Assembly (NCBI GenBank): GCA_009889605.1
Contig: WUQU01000530.1
Span: 1 to 58,173, forward strand
From: Candidatus Bathyarchaeota archaeon
Lineage (GTDB): Archaea > Thermoproteota > Bathyarchaeia > Bathyarchaeales > Bathycorpusculaceae
Reading direction: 5' to 3'
Length of the DNA: 58,173 nucleotides
This document shows positions 27,931-39,191 of this stretch, in pieces (position 1 is the stretch's first letter; every line of letters begins with the position of its first letter). The notes below the pieces were generated by a model that was not told where the DNA came from, did no database searches, and was given only the letters and a program-made list of their open reading frames with translations. Made by a program: the position numbers and the translations under genes.

Positions 27931-28755
27931 GTGGAAATAAAAGTGCTTGAAAAAGACGATAAAAATATGCGTTTGCTCATAAGGGGAGTTGACACACCAT
28001 TTGTTAACGCTTTAAGAAGAAATGTCCTTGCAGAAGTCCCGTGCATGGCCATAGACGAGGTGGTAATTATTGAAAATTCTTCTGTGCTTCACGACGAAAT
28101 AATCGCGCATAGGCTTGGGCTTATCCCCTTAAAAACAGACTTGGACGGTTACAATCTGCCTGAAGAATGCCCATGCCAAAGCGAGTTCGGATGCAACCTC
28201 TGCAGGGTTACGCTTACGCTTGACCAGGAAGCAGAGGAAGGAACGATAACGGTTTATTCAGGCGAGCTCATTTCAGAAAACCCGAACATAGTGCCACTCA
28301 GCGACAAAATCCCCATAATAAAGCTTACAAAAGGGCAAAAGTTGAAGCTTGAAGCCTACGCGAGACTTGGAAAAGGGAAAAAACATGCAAAATGGCAACC
28401 AGCATCCACAAGCGCCTACAAATATTTGCCCCAAGTGAAAATAGATGCGGCGCGCTGCGACGCTTGCGGAAAATGCGTGGAAATCTGCCCCAGAAAAGTT
28501 TTGGAAAAAACCGAAGGCAAAATAGAAGTTAGAGATTTGCTGGCGTGCACCCTCTGCCAAGACTGCACAGATGTTTGCCCAAAAGAACCCCCAGCAATAG
28601 ACATAGGATGGGAGAAAAACGCCTTCATATTCAGTTTAGAATCGACTGGCGCGCTTCCTCCAGAAAGAATAATGATTGAAGCTGTGAAAATTTTAGACAA
28701 AGAACTTGAAGAGTTCGCAAAACAATTTGAGGTGGAAAAACTTGAAAAAAGCTGA
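27931..28755 (+). CDS. rpoD: DNA-directed RNA polymerase subunit D (Rpo3) with a 2x[4Fe-4S] ferredoxin-like insert
   Basis: NALRR, DEIIAHRLGLIPL, HAKW; CxxCxxCxxxCP twice. Confidence 0.97.
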   Translation: MEIKVLEKDDKNMRLLIRGVDTPFVNALRRNVLAEVPCMAIDEVVIIENSSVLHDEIIAHRLGLIPLKTDLDGYNLPEECPCQSEFGCNLCRVTLTLDQEAEEGTITVYSGELISENPNIVPLSDKIPIIKLTKGQKLKLEAYARLGKGKKHAKWQPASTSAYKYLPQVKIDAARCDACGKCVEICPRKVLEKTEGKIEVRDLLACTLCQDCTDVCPKEPPAIDIGWEKNAFIFSLESTGALPPERIMIEAVKILDKELEEFAKQFEVEKLEKS

Positions 28756-29104
28756 AACCACAAACCCTCAGCTTATTGAACTTATCAACTTTCTGAAAAA
28801 ACACAGCAGAGAAAGCAAGGCTGAAATATGGGAAAGCATAGCCGAAAGTTTAGAAAAACCCAGAAGAAAGCGAATAGTTGTAAACATAAGCCGACTAAAC
28901 AGGTTCACAGAGAAAAACGACGTGGTAGCTGTTCCGGGAAAAGTTTTAGGCGCCGGAGAAATAAACCATCCAATAACCGTGGCAGCCTTCACTTTTTCCG
29001 AAAAAGCCAAAGAGAAAATAACAAAAGCAAAGGGAAAATGCCTACCACTATCGGAACTTGCAAAGAAAAACCCTAAGGGTTCAAACATCAAAATAATAGG
29101 GTGA
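28742..29104 (+). CDS. rpl18e: 50S ribosomal protein eL18
   Basis: TNPQL, VNISRLNR, VPGKVLGAG, NPKGS. Confidence 0.96.
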   Translation: MKKAETTNPQLIELINFLKKHSRESKAEIWESIAESLEKPRRKRIVVNISRLNRFTEKNDVVAVPGKVLGAGEINHPITVAAFTFSEKAKEKITKAKGKCLPLSELAKKNPKGSNIKIIG

Positions 29105-29108
29105 AAAA

Positions 29109-29549
29109 ATGCAGACAAAAAACATTGAAGAAACAGTCATAAACGCTGAAGGCCTTATCCTTGGAAGAATGGCAAGTGCAATCGCCAAACGCCTATTGAA
29201 AGGCGAAAAAATAGCGGTTGTAAACGCGGAAAAAGCGGTAATCTCCGGCAAAAAGAAAAGCAAAATTGCGGAGGCAAAAGAGTTCCTTGAAGTAGGCTAC
29301 CCTGGAAAAGGCCCCATCCACTACAAAAGGCCCGACAGAATCCTCAGAAGAACCGTTAGAGGCATGTTACCATATAAACAGCCAAAAGGCAAACAAGCCT
29401 ATAAGAGACTTAAGGTTTTCATAGGCATACCAGACGAGCTAAAAGGCGCGAAGATGGAAACCATAGAAGAGGCCCAAGCTAAAAAATTGACTTGCTCATA
29501 TTTCACGGTAGGTGAATTCGCTAAAGAAATCGGATGGAGTGGTGAATAG
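29109..29549 (+). CDS. rpl13: 50S ribosomal protein uL13
   Basis: [26 protein letters not shown]. Confidence 0.97.
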   Translation: MQTKNIEETVINAEGLILGRMASAIAKRLLKGEKIAVVNAEKAVISGKKKSKIAEAKEFLEVGYPGKGPIHYKRPDRILRRTVRGMLPYKQPKGKQAYKRLKVFIGIPDELKGAKMETIEEAQAKKLTCSYFTVGEFAKEIGWSGE

Positions 29550-29551
29550 TT

Positions 29552-29962
29552 ATGACTGCAAAAAAGATTTTAGTTGTAAGCGGAAAAAGAAAAACAGCCG
29601 TGGCGCGGGCCGTTGTCAAGCCTGGAATGGGAAGGATACGAGTTAACGCTGTTCCTTTAGAGATTTACGAGCCTGAAGTGGCACGTGAAAAAATAATGGA
29701 GCCCCTCCTACAAGCTGGAGAGGAAGTTTGGAAAGAGTTAGACATAGACGTTAAAGTTTCAGGAGGAGGCTACATGGGACAAGCAGAAGCCGCCAGAATG
29801 GCCATTGCAAACGCTTTGCTGAAATGGACGAAAAGCACACCGTTACGCGAAGCCTTTGTTGAATATGACAGGACTATGGTTGTAGGAGACCCACGGAGGA
29901 AAGAGCCTAAAAAGTTTGGAGGCCCAGGAGCAAGGGCAAAGGACCAGAAAAGCTACAGGTAA
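29552..29962 (+). CDS. rps9: 30S ribosomal protein uS9
   Basis: [38 protein letters not shown]. Confidence 0.98.
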   Translation: MTAKKILVVSGKRKTAVARAVVKPGMGRIRVNAVPLEIYEPEVAREKIMEPLLQAGEEVWKELDIDVKVSGGGYMGQAEAARMAIANALLKWTKSTPLREAFVEYDRTMVVGDPRRKEPKKFGGPGARAKDQKSYR

Positions 29963-29979
29963 GGAGAGTTTGAGTTAAA

Positions 29980-30219
29980 GTGATTATACCAGTAAGATGT
30001 TTCACCTGCGGCAAGTTGATTGGAGACAAATGGGAAGAGTTTGCAAGAAGAGTGGAAACAGGAGAAAACCCAAGCGATGTTTTGGACAGTTTAGGAATTA
30101 AAAGATACTGTTGCCGCCGCATGATCTTATCCCACGTTGAAATCATAGATGAAGTTTTACGCTTCTACGAAGAAGCTGAAAAAAGAAAAGAAGCTAGAAA
30201 CTATTATTACCAGCCTTAA
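29980..30219 (+). CDS. rpoN: DNA-directed RNA polymerase subunit N (Rpo10)
   Basis: [12 protein letters not shown]...RYCCRRM. Confidence 0.98.
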   Translation: MIIPVRCFTCGKLIGDKWEEFARRVETGENPSDVLDSLGIKRYCCRRMILSHVEIIDEVLRFYEEAEKRKEARNYYYQP

Positions 30220-30237
30220 GATGGAGAAAGCCTTCAC

Positions 30238-31491
30238 ATGTCAACAGTTATTGAGGATATGATTGCGAGAAAAGTCTTCAACAGCCGCGGAGACGAAACC
30301 ATAGAAGTTGACGTGATTACCTCTTCAGGTTTTGGAAGGGCCTCCGCCCCAGCTGGGAAAAGCCGTGGAAAAGCCGAAGTAGTTTATTACCCACATGGCG
30401 GGGTTGACGAAGCCATAAAAAAATTTGAAGAACTCATAGCTCCGGAGCTTATAGGGTTAAACGCCGACTTCCAAGAGGAAATTGACAAGGCGCTCCATGA
30501 AATAGACAACACAACAGATTTTAGGGTTATAGGCGGAAACACCGCCTTCGCCATCTCTGTTGCAAACGCGGAAGCCGCGGCAAACTCTTACGGTTTACCC
30601 CTCTTCCAGTATTTAGGCGGCTACGCAGCCCACGAGCTCCCATACCCTTTAGGAAACGTTATCAGCGGGGGAAAACACACACATGGAAAGTCTCCGGACA
30701 TACAGGAGTTTCTAGCCCTTCCCTACGAGGCTGACTCTTTTCTGGAAGCCGCAGCCGCCAACATCAAAATTCATAAAAAAGTTAAAGACGCGTTAAAGAA
30801 GAAGGATAAGCTTTTCAACGGTGGAAAAAGCGACGAAGGCGCATGGACTGCAAACCTCACAGACACTGAAGCTTTAGAAATCATGGCCAACGCATGCGAA
30901 GAAGTAAGCAACGAAGTTGGCTTCAAATGCGGCTTAGGAGTTGATGTAGCTTCATCCTCATTATGGAACACTGAAAAGGAAAAATACGTGTACCAAAGAG
31001 AAGGAAAAGAGTTAGAATCTGGAGAACAGCTGGAATTTATTAAACAAATAATTGAAAAATACCATTTAGTTTATGTTGAGGACCCTTTCCACGAAGAAGA
31101 TTACGAAAGTTTTGCAGAACTAACTAGGAAAGTTAAAAACTGTCTCATCTGCGGAGACGACATCTTCGTCACAAACACTGAAAGACTGGCTCAAGGAATC
31201 AAAATGCAGGCAGCCAACGCCATAATAATTAAGCTTAACCAGGTGGGCACTTTGACAGACGCTTTAGAAACCATCGAAGCCGCGAAAAGAGCTGGCTATA
31301 TACCAGTTATTTCTCACCGTTCGGGAGACACTTGCGACTGGCATATAGCCCACTTGGCTGTAGCCTTCAAATGCCCAATTATAAAGACTGGTGTGGTTGA
31401 AGGAGCACGAATAGCTAAAATAAACGAGTTGTTAAGGATTGAGGAGTTCTTGGGAGACAGAGCTAAAATGGCCGAGTTACAAATTCTTTAA
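30238..31491 (+). CDS. eno: Enolase
   Basis: [41 protein letters not shown]. Confidence 0.95.
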   Translation: MSTVIEDMIARKVFNSRGDETIEVDVITSSGFGRASAPAGKSRGKAEVVYYPHGGVDEAIKKFEELIAPELIGLNADFQEEIDKALHEIDNTTDFRVIGGNTAFAISVANAEAAANSYGLPLFQYLGGYAAHELPYPLGNVISGGKHTHGKSPDIQEFLALPYEADSFLEAAAANIKIHKKVKDALKKKDKLFNGGKSDEGAWTANLTDTEALEIMANACEEVSNEVGFKCGLGVDVASSSLWNTEKEKYVYQREGKELESGEQLEFIKQIIEKYHLVYVEDPFHEEDYESFAELTRKVKNCLICGDDIFVTNTERLAQGIKMQAANAIIIKLNQVGTLTDALETIEAAKRAGYIPVISHRSGDTCDWHIAHLAVAFKCPIIKTGVVEGARIAKINELLRIEEFLGDRAKMAELQIL

Positions 31492-31505
31492 GAGGAGATG
31501 GAAAG

Positions 31506-32183
31506 TTGTCTGAAAATGAAGATGTTAAAAAGGAAAAGTTTGAAGAAGAAACAAACGTAAGCGCTGAAGAAGAACTTTTACTTCCGCGGGACACCCTATT
31601 ATCAGCGGGAATACATATTGGAACAAGAATGAAAACAAAGGACATGGAACAGTTCATATACCGTGTTAGACCAGACGGCCTATTCGTTTTAGACGTTAAA
31701 AAAACAGATGAACGCATAAGAATAGCTGCCAAATTCCTAGCAAGATTTGAGCCTTCAAGAGTGGCTGCTACAGCCGCAAGACTTTACGCCCATGAACCCG
31801 TCAAAAAATTCTGCGAAGTTACAGGCGCAACACCCATAGTGGGACGCTTTGTTCCAGGACTATTGTCAAACCCGCTTTATCCAAACCGCATTGAACCAAA
31901 CGTTTTAATAGTGTCTGACCCTAGGGCGGACGCCCAGGCAGTGAAGGAAGCTGCGTCCGTAGGTATTCCAGTGGTAGCCCTCTGCAGCACTGACAACGAC
32001 TTTTCAGGAGTAGACCTAGCCATTCCCACAAACAACAAGGGCAGAAGAGCCCTAGCGGTTATTTACTGGCTTCTAGCAAGACAAATCCTCAGAGAAAGAG
32101 GGGAACTGCCGCCAGACAAGGATTTGCCGTTAACCGTGGAGGATTTCGAAGCTAAAATCTCCAAGGAAGAGGAGGAAAGCTAG
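31506..32183 (+). CDS. rps2: 30S ribosomal protein uS2
   Basis: [29 protein letters not shown]. Confidence 0.97.
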   Translation: MSENEDVKKEKFEEETNVSAEEELLLPRDTLLSAGIHIGTRMKTKDMEQFIYRVRPDGLFVLDVKKTDERIRIAAKFLARFEPSRVAATAARLYAHEPVKKFCEVTGATPIVGRFVPGLLSNPLYPNRIEPNVLIVSDPRADAQAVKEAASVGIPVVALCSTDNDFSGVDLAIPTNNKGRRALAVIYWLLARQILRERGELPPDKDLPLTVEDFEAKISKEEEES

Positions 32184-32188
32184 TATTA

Positions 32189-33040
32189 ATGGCGAAGATT
32201 CGGCTTCCAAGTCAAGCCGGAGCCTTCTACGCTGGGAAAGCCGAATCGTTGAAGAAACAAATTGAACAATGTTTTTTACATGTTCTTGGTCCCGGTGAAA
32301 TTCCCAAAGTTGTCGAGGACGGCCCAAGGCGTATAGTGGGTCTTGTTTGTCCCCATGCAGGTTACATGTATTCCGGCCCGGTTGCAGCCCATGCCTACTA
32401 TAATTTGGCTTTGGATGGCAAGCCGGATCTTGTGATCCTTTTTGGTCCAAACCATACGGGTTATGGGAGCGCTTTGGCGGTTATGAATGAAGGTTTTTGG
32501 CGCACCCCTCTTGGCGATGTGGAAGTTGACGGAGAAGCCGCCAACAAAATTGTTAAGGGATCCCGCATTGTTGACGTTGATTATTTAGCTCACCGTTACG
32601 AGCATTCCATAGAGGTTCAGCTTCCATTTTTGCAGTATCTTTTCGGTTCAAGTTTTAAGATTGTGCCTATATGCTTTCTAATGCAGGACTTGTATTCAGC
32701 CAGAGAAGTTGGACACGCCGTGGCCGAAGCTTTACATGGAAAAAACGCTGTAATAATTGCTTCTTCAGACATGAGCCACTATGAACCGCAGAGAACCGCA
32801 GAAAAGAAAGACCGGTTGGCGCTTCAAGCCATCGAAGCCATGGATGAAGAGAAATTTTATTCTGTTATTGAAGAGTATCAAGTTACCGCATGTGGTTACG
32901 GTCCCATAATCGCTTTAACCACAGCTGCAAAAATTTTGGGAGCTAAAGAGGCAAAGTTATTAAGTTACAAAACCAGTGGAGATGTTATTGGCGACTACTC
33001 AAGTGTGGTTGGGTACGCCGCCGTGCAATTCACAAAATAG
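32189..33040 (+). CDS. MEMO1 family protein (AmmeMemoRadiSam protein B)
   Basis: AGAFY, PHAGYMYSG, GPNHTG, EHSIEVQLPFLQ, SSDMSHY, CGYGPI. Confidence 0.95.
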   Translation: MAKIRLPSQAGAFYAGKAESLKKQIEQCFLHVLGPGEIPKVVEDGPRRIVGLVCPHAGYMYSGPVAAHAYYNLALDGKPDLVILFGPNHTGYGSALAVMNEGFWRTPLGDVEVDGEAANKIVKGSRIVDVDYLAHRYEHSIEVQLPFLQYLFGSSFKIVPICFLMQDLYSAREVGHAVAEALHGKNAVIIASSDMSHYEPQRTAEKKDRLALQAIEAMDEEKFYSVIEEYQVTACGYGPIIALTTAAKILGAKEAKLLSYKTSGDVIGDYSSVVGYAAVQFTK

Positions 33041-33049
33041 TGGTTTAGA

Positions 33050-34033
33050 ATGGGGGTAGTTGCCTCAGCTCCCGCGAAAATCATACTTTTCGGAGAACAC
33101 TTTGTCGTTTACGGTGAACCAGCAATCGTTTTAGCCATAGACAAAAGAGCCTATGCAAAAGCAGAACTGCGCAACGACAAAAAACTTTTCATTCGCTCAT
33201 CAAACCTTAACATCGCAGGAATTTTTGAAAACGGAAACTTTAAAGTTGAAGAGGGAAACCCAAAAGAAGCAAAAATGAGGCTTGAACCGTTAAAATGCGC
33301 AGCGGAAAAAGTTTTAGAAATTTCAGGAGAAAAAGTCGGCTTAAACATTGAAGTCAGTTCCACGGTGCCCGTCGCCGCCGGATTGGGTTCCTCAGCAGCC
33401 GTAGCCTCGGCGGTGGCAGCATCCGTCGGCGCCCTCTTAAATGTTAAGATGACAAAGGAAGATGTTTTTCGCATAGCCTTCGAAGCTGAAAAGATCATGC
33501 ACGGCACCCCTTCAGGAGTAGACCCTGCAATATCGACTTTTGGCGGAACATTACTGTTCCAGATGGATACAGGGTTTAAACCTCTTGACGTTAAAGTGGA
33601 CATCCCCCTTGTTATTGGCAACACTGGTGTTGAAAGGCTAACTCGTGTTCAAGTTTCAAAGGTGAGAAGCGTTAGGGATAAGCACCCTCAGATTTTTGAA
33701 GCGATACTGCGGACAGCCCGTGAAATAGTTTTGAGAGCCATAGAAGCCCTAATAGAAGGCGACTTAGAAACTCTTGGCGAGTTGATGAACTTCAACCATG
33801 CACTGCTTTACGGGTTAAGCGTTTCAGATGAATCCTTAGAGTGGCTTATAAACTCCGCGCGGAAAGCTGGGGCATTGGGGGCAAAACTAACGGGTGCAGG
33901 AGGCGGCGGATGTATGATAGCCCTGACAGACAAGGATAAACTTGAAAAGGTTTTAGAGGCTGTTCAAAGGTCTGGAGGAAACGCTTTCATAGCAAGAAAA
34001 ACAGATGAGGGAGTTAGAGTTGAGCCAAGCTAG
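33050..34033 (+). CDS. mvk: Mevalonate kinase
   Basis: APAKIILFGEH, GLGSSAA, HGTPSGVD, KLTGAGGGGC. Confidence 0.96.
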   Translation: MGVVASAPAKIILFGEHFVVYGEPAIVLAIDKRAYAKAELRNDKKLFIRSSNLNIAGIFENGNFKVEEGNPKEAKMRLEPLKCAAEKVLEISGEKVGLNIEVSSTVPVAAGLGSSAAVASAVAASVGALLNVKMTKEDVFRIAFEAEKIMHGTPSGVDPAISTFGGTLLFQMDTGFKPLDVKVDIPLVIGNTGVERLTRVQVSKVRSVRDKHPQIFEAILRTAREIVLRAIEALIEGDLETLGELMNFNHALLYGLSVSDESLEWLINSARKAGALGAKLTGAGGGGCMIALTDKDKLEKVLEAVQRSGGNAFIARKTDEGVRVEPS

Positions 34034-34820
34034 ACCAACAATTTTGAAAATAGGCGGCTCAGTTATTACAGACAAAAACACGGAACTTGGAGTACAAATG
34101 GAGGTTATAACTCGCATAGCCGACGAGCTGCAAGAGGCAAACCCAAGAAATTTAATAATAGTCCATGGAGGAGGAAGCTTCGGCCACCCAGTAGCCCAGA
34201 AACATGCAATAAAAGAAGGCTTCAAAGAGGAACAACAAATAATAGGTTTTGCTGAAACCCACCATGTTATGACTGTGCTTAACGGCATATTTATGGACGC
34301 TTTAATATGGCGGGGCATACCAGCAGTAAGCATTACCCCTTCCTCATGTGCAATGACACGTAATGGAAGAATCCAATGCTTTGAGGATTCGCCCATTAAA
34401 CAGCTATTAAAAATGGGTTTCATCCCAGTCCTCTACGGGGACGCCGTATTCGACACTGAACTGGGCTTCACAATCCTTTCGGGAGATCAACTCGTTTCAT
34501 TTCTCGCCATGCGATTCAACGCAAAAAACATCTTGATAGGCGTAGATGTGGACGGTTTATACAATGCAGACCCGAAAGACAACCCAGAAGCCAAAATGTT
34601 CGACCGTTTAACATTGGAAGAGCTGAAAAAAGTTAAGGGATTCTTCGGCGGCTCAAGTGCATGCGACGTGACCGGCGGCATGGCCAACAAAATATCTGAA
34701 CTCATACCTGCGGTGGAACAAGGAATCCCAGCACTTGTTTTCAACGCAACTAAGCCAAAATATATTTACAAAGTCCTTAAAGGAGATAAAGTGAAGGGCA
34801 CGTTAATAGAAAAGGAATAG
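34020..34820 (+). CDS. ipk: Isopentenyl phosphate kinase
   Basis: KIGGSVITDK, VHGGGSFGH, ILSGD, DVTGGM; sits within the mevalonate cluster. Confidence 0.93.
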   Translation: MSQARPTILKIGGSVITDKNTELGVQMEVITRIADELQEANPRNLIIVHGGGSFGHPVAQKHAIKEGFKEEQQIIGFAETHHVMTVLNGIFMDALIWRGIPAVSITPSSCAMTRNGRIQCFEDSPIKQLLKMGFIPVLYGDAVFDTELGFTILSGDQLVSFLAMRFNAKNILIGVDVDGLYNADPKDNPEAKMFDRLTLEELKKVKGFFGGSSACDVTGGMANKISELIPAVEQGIPALVFNATKPKYIYKVLKGDKVKGTLIEKE

Positions 34821-34826
34821 GTTGAA

Positions 34827-35930
34827 TTGGCTGAAAAAACAAAAAAACGTAAAGCCGATCACATCCGAATAGCCACAACCTATAATGTGCAAGCGAAAAA
34901 AGTCACAACGGGTTTTGAAGACGTTTATTTTGTCCATAAAGCTTTGCCGGAAATCGACAAAGACAAGATAGACTTATCCACCACGGTGTTTAACCACAAG
35001 TTTTCTGCACCCATAATAGTTAGCGCCATAACTGGAGGAACAACAGAAGCCAAAAAAATTAACGCCACCATAGCCAAGGTGGTTGAAGAATTAGGGTTAG
35101 GTATGGGTGTTGGAAGCCAAAGAGCAGCCTTAGAAGACAGAAGACTTGAGAAAACGTTTTCCATAGTTAGGAAGAAGGCGCCAACAGCCTTTCTAATAGC
35201 CAACATCGGCGGCGTTCAACTTGCCAGAGGCTACGCCATAAAAGAGGCAAGAAAAGCTGTGGAAATGATCGACGCAGATGCTTTGGCAATACACTTGAAC
35301 CCCCTTCAAGAAGCCATCCAACCCGAAGGCGAAACAAGCTTCAAAGGAGTTCTGGAAAAAATAGGGGAAGTTGCAAAAGAAATCGACAAGCCAGTCATAG
35401 TAAAGGAAACAGGAGCTGGAATAGCCTCTGAAGAAGCAAAAAGGCTTGAAGCGGTGGGCGTAAAAGGCATAGACGTAAGCGGCGTCGGTGGTACAAGCTT
35501 CGCCGCAGTGGAGTATTTCCGCGCCAAAAACAGTATAAACACTTTTCAACGCAAGTTGGGCGAAACCTTCTGGGATTGGGGGATACCAACGGCGATAAGC
35601 ATAGTGGAAGTTGTCCAAACAGTGCAGATTCCAATTATAGCCTCTGGAGGAATACGTAACGGTTTAGATGCAGCTAAAGCTTTGGCTTTAGGGGCAAGCC
35701 TCGTAAGCCTCGCACAGCCAGTTCTGCAAGCTGCAGTTAAAGGTGCAAAAGAAAACGAAAAAATTTTAAGAGTATTAATTGAAGAGCTGAAAAATAGCAT
35801 GTTTTTGGTTGGAGCTGAAAACCCGCAAAAACTGCATAAAACTCCCATTGTTATAATGGGTAAAACGGCAGAATGGCTGAAGACAAGAGGTTTTCTCATA
35901 GAAAGTTACGCTAGGAGAGACGAGCTTTGA
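34827..35930 (+). CDS. fni: Type 2 isopentenyl-diphosphate isomerase
   Basis: RKADHI, MGVGSQRAA, HLNPLQEAIQPEG, VKETGAG, WDWGIPT. Confidence 0.96.
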   Translation: MAEKTKKRKADHIRIATTYNVQAKKVTTGFEDVYFVHKALPEIDKDKIDLSTTVFNHKFSAPIIVSAITGGTTEAKKINATIAKVVEELGLGMGVGSQRAALEDRRLEKTFSIVRKKAPTAFLIANIGGVQLARGYAIKEARKAVEMIDADALAIHLNPLQEAIQPEGETSFKGVLEKIGEVAKEIDKPVIVKETGAGIASEEAKRLEAVGVKGIDVSGVGGTSFAAVEYFRAKNSINTFQRKLGETFWDWGIPTAISIVEVVQTVQIPIIASGGIRNGLDAAKALALGASLVSLAQPVLQAAVKGAKENEKILRVLIEELKNSMFLVGAENPQKLHKTPIVIMGKTAEWLKTRGFLIESYARRDEL

Positions 35931-37003
35931 GCCTAGATATTGAACGTTTTCTAGAAGAGAAAGCTCCCATCATAAATAGGGCTATTGAAAAGTATATTCC
36001 CAGAATTTTTTCCAAAGAAGCAGTCGTCTTCAAGGTTAACCCGCCAAGATATGCATACAACATAGACGCTTTAAACAAGGCCGTAGCCGAACCTATATGG
36101 GAGTTCCTAGACAGAGGCGGCAAGAGATGGCGCCCAACCCTATTTCTATTAATATGCGAAGCCCTTGAAAAAAACCCTGAAGACTATGTAGACTACGCTA
36201 TAATTCCAGAAGTCGTCCACAACGGAACCATAATGATAGACGACATAGAAGACGCCTCGGAACTCCGAAGGGGAAAACCATGCACCTACAAAATTTACGG
36301 TTTAGACGTAGCCGTAAACGCTGGAAACACCATGTACTATCTGCCCCTTCTACCGCTTATGGAAAACCGGGAGAAAATAGGCACTGAAAAACTTGCAAGA
36401 ATATATGAGATTTATGTGCAGGAAATGATAAGCCTAAGCCTAGGCCAAGCCATGGACATAGCATGGCACAGGGGTATGGCAGACGCTGATGAAATAGACG
36501 AGAAAGCCTATTTGCAAATGTGCGCCTACAAAACCGGAACCTTGGCGAGGATGGCTGCAAAAATTGCCGCTGTGCTTGCGGACGCAAGCGACGAACTTGT
36601 GGAAAAACTTGGACGCTTCGCGGAAAGCATAGGAGTGGCCTTCCAAATACAGGACGACATCCTCGACTTGACAAGCGAAGAGTTTGCGGAAAAGAAGGGA
36701 GGCCGCGGACAAGACATAACGGAGGGAAAAAGAACTCTGATGGTTATTCACGCTTTAAAGGCTTCAAACGCCAAAGATAGGAAAAGGCTTATTGAAATTC
36801 TTAAGATGCACACTCAAGACCAAAAGTTAAGGGATGAAGCCATAGCAATAATGCAAAAATGCGGCGCAATTGAGTATGCCAAAAATTTTGCGCGGAAAAT
36901 TGTGAAGGAAAGCTGGAAAGATGCGGAAGCGCTTCTTCCAGAGTCAGAAGCAAGGGAAAAGTTAAACGCTTTCGCCCAGTTTCTTATTGAGAGAAAAATC
37001 TAA
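35927..37003 (+). CDS. idsA: Geranylgeranyl diphosphate synthase (polyprenyl synthetase)
   Basis: GGKRWRP, DDIED..RRG, FQIQDDILD. Confidence 0.93.
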   Translation: MSLDIERFLEEKAPIINRAIEKYIPRIFSKEAVVFKVNPPRYAYNIDALNKAVAEPIWEFLDRGGKRWRPTLFLLICEALEKNPEDYVDYAIIPEVVHNGTIMIDDIEDASELRRGKPCTYKIYGLDVAVNAGNTMYYLPLLPLMENREKIGTEKLARIYEIYVQEMISLSLGQAMDIAWHRGMADADEIDEKAYLQMCAYKTGTLARMAAKIAAVLADASDELVEKLGRFAESIGVAFQIQDDILDLTSEEFAEKKGGRGQDITEGKRTLMVIHALKASNAKDRKRLIEILKMHTQDQKLRDEAIAIMQKCGAIEYAKNFARKIVKESWKDAEALLPESEAREKLNAFAQFLIERKI

Positions 37004-37021
37004 AAGCCGTGTGACTAAACC

Positions 37022-38779
37022 TTGACTGAAACAAAAGAAAACGCGGATATAGCAGAGTTAATTCGAAAAATTGCGTTACTGAACGCTGTAAAACATGAAG
37101 GAAAAGCCCAGCCAGGGCCAGTTATAGGAAAAGTTTTAGCTGAAAAACCTGAACTGCGAACAAAAGTAAAGGAGGTATCTGCCCTCGTAAACGAGGTTGT
37201 TAAAGAGGTTAACGCCCTTCCCTTAAACGAGCAAAAACGCATAGTTGAGGAAAAATGGCCTGAAACCCTGATAAAAGAGAAAGTTGAAGAGGAGAAGAAG
37301 CTTCCACCATTGCCTAATGTGGATAAATATTCCGTGATTGTTACCCGTTTCTCGCCGAATCCAGACTGCGTTTTACACTTAGGCTCGGCCAGAGCCATAA
37401 TCCTAAGCCACGAATACGCCTGCATCTACAAGGGAAAGTTTATCCTACGCTTTGAGGACACGGACCCAAAACTAAAGAGGCCAGTTTTAGAGTTTTACAA
37501 CCGCATAAGAGAAGACTTGACTTGGCTGGAATGCAAGCCAGACGAGGAATATATCCAAAGCGACAGAATCCCACTGTATTACGAGTATGCGGAAAAACTG
37601 ATTGCTGACGGTAATGCCTACATTTGCACTTGCCCGCCGCAAGCCTTCAGAGAAAAAGTGTTAGCCCAAAAACCATGCCCATGCCGCGACTTGCCACCAG
37701 AAAAGCATCTTGAAAGATGGCGCAGAATGCTTGAAGGCGCTTATAAAGAAGGTGAAGCCGTAGTCCGCGTAAAAACAGATTTAACCCATCCAAACCCCGC
37801 GGTTAGAGACTGGCCAGCCCTCCGCGTCATAGACATCGAAAAATGCCCCCATCCAAGGGTTGGCGACAAATACAGGGTTTGGCCCCTCTACAATTTCGCC
37901 TGCGGCTTAGACGACCACTTGATGGGGGTAACCCACATAATCCGTGGAAAAGAACACTTAACAAACATGGTTCGCCAAGAATACATGTACCGCCATCTGG
38001 GCTGGCAGTATCCGGAAGCCATACATTATGGCAGGCTTAAAATTAAAGGGGCGTACTTGAGCAAGTCAAAGATTGTTCAGGGAATGAGGGAAGGCCTTTA
38101 CAAAGGTTGGGATGACCCGCGGCTGGCGACTTTTGCAGCGTTGCGAAGACGGGGGATAACGCATGAGGCCATCAGAAAACTCATAATTGATGTGGGGCCG
38201 AAAACTTCGGATGTGGTTTTAAGTTGGGAAAACCTTTACGCGTATAACCGTAAAATTCTAGATCCGAAAGTGAACCGGTACTTTTTTGTGCAAAACCCAG
38301 TTCAGCTTTCAGTCAGAAATGTTCTAAAAACGTTTAAAGCCAAGCTTCGTTTACACCCAGAACACCCTGAGAGAGGCTTTAAGGAATACCTAATACAGCC
38401 TACGGGAACGGAAAACGCGGTGCTTTTTTGGGTTTCAAAAAGGGATGCAGAAGCCTTAACTGCTGAAAAGGTAATTCGCCTAATGGAACTGTTTAACATA
38501 AAAATTGAGAAAGTTGAAGCCTACTCGGTTGAAGCATCCTTTGTAAGCGAGTCTTACGAAGAAGCGAGAAAAGCTGATGCAACGTTAATTCATTGGGTGC
38601 TGGTGGGCGCAGACATGCCATGCCAAATAGTTATGCCCGACGCCTCAATGGTTGAAGGAATTGCGGAAAACGCTTGCAAAATTTTAAAACCCGGCGAAAT
38701 AATACAGTTTGAACGATTCGGTTTCGCGCGAATAGACACCACTGGTGCCAAGCTTACCGCCTACTACGCTCACAAGTAA
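37022..38779 (+). CDS. gltX: Glutamate--tRNA ligase (archaeal)
   Basis: TRFSPNP..HLG, LRFEDTDP, THIIRGKEH, LSKS, QFERFGF. Confidence 0.97.
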   Translation: MTETKENADIAELIRKIALLNAVKHEGKAQPGPVIGKVLAEKPELRTKVKEVSALVNEVVKEVNALPLNEQKRIVEEKWPETLIKEKVEEEKKLPPLPNVDKYSVIVTRFSPNPDCVLHLGSARAIILSHEYACIYKGKFILRFEDTDPKLKRPVLEFYNRIREDLTWLECKPDEEYIQSDRIPLYYEYAEKLIADGNAYICTCPPQAFREKVLAQKPCPCRDLPPEKHLERWRRMLEGAYKEGEAVVRVKTDLTHPNPAVRDWPALRVIDIEKCPHPRVGDKYRVWPLYNFACGLDDHLMGVTHIIRGKEHLTNMVRQEYMYRHLGWQYPEAIHYGRLKIKGAYLSKSKIVQGMREGLYKGWDDPRLATFAALRRRGITHEAIRKLIIDVGPKTSDVVLSWENLYAYNRKILDPKVNRYFFVQNPVQLSVRNVLKTFKAKLRLHPEHPERGFKEYLIQPTGTENAVLFWVSKRDAEALTAEKVIRLMELFNIKIEKVEAYSVEASFVSESYEEARKADATLIHWVLVGADMPCQIVMPDASMVEGIAENACKILKPGEIIQFERFGFARIDTTGAKLTAYYAHK

Positions 38780-38794
38780 ACGAGGTGCATCAAA

Positions 38795-39094
38795 ATGCGT
38801 AAACAAGACAAAGTGATTTTATGGCCAACATATTTTGACTCAACAAAAACGAGGGGCGAAGGAAGAAAAATCCCAAAAAGCTTAGCTGTGCCTTCGCCGA
38901 AAATTTCAGAGTTGAAAGAAGCCGTGGAAAAGCTTGGCCTCGAACATGAGCTTGTGTTGGAAGCAAGCTATCCGAAGATGCCTTGGCTGAAAACAGGCAT
39001 GCTTCTAGTAGCCAAAAAAGGAACTAAAAACCAGATGATAAAGAAAATTGCCAAACAACTATTAAAGATTCGCGGTGCAACGGTTTCGAAATAG
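38795..39094 (+). CDS. srp19: Signal recognition particle protein SRP19
   Basis: WPTYFDS..TRGEGRKIPK.LAV..P, YP..PW..G. Confidence 0.95.
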   Translation: MRKQDKVILWPTYFDSTKTRGEGRKIPKSLAVPSPKISELKEAVEKLGLEHELVLEASYPKMPWLKTGMLLVAKKGTKNQMIKKIAKQLLKIRGATVSK

Positions 39095-39191
39095 GCATTG
39101 GAATGGTGGAGTCTGCGATTTTGGTACAACCTTAGATGAAGACAAAACTTATATTTTAGGTTACCCCGGTTTTAAATGGGCAAGGCTGTCT

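Noticed and set aside
28455..28580. Two [4Fe-4S] motifs in RpoD
   Set aside because: Real, but a known feature of many archaeal Rpo3 subunits.
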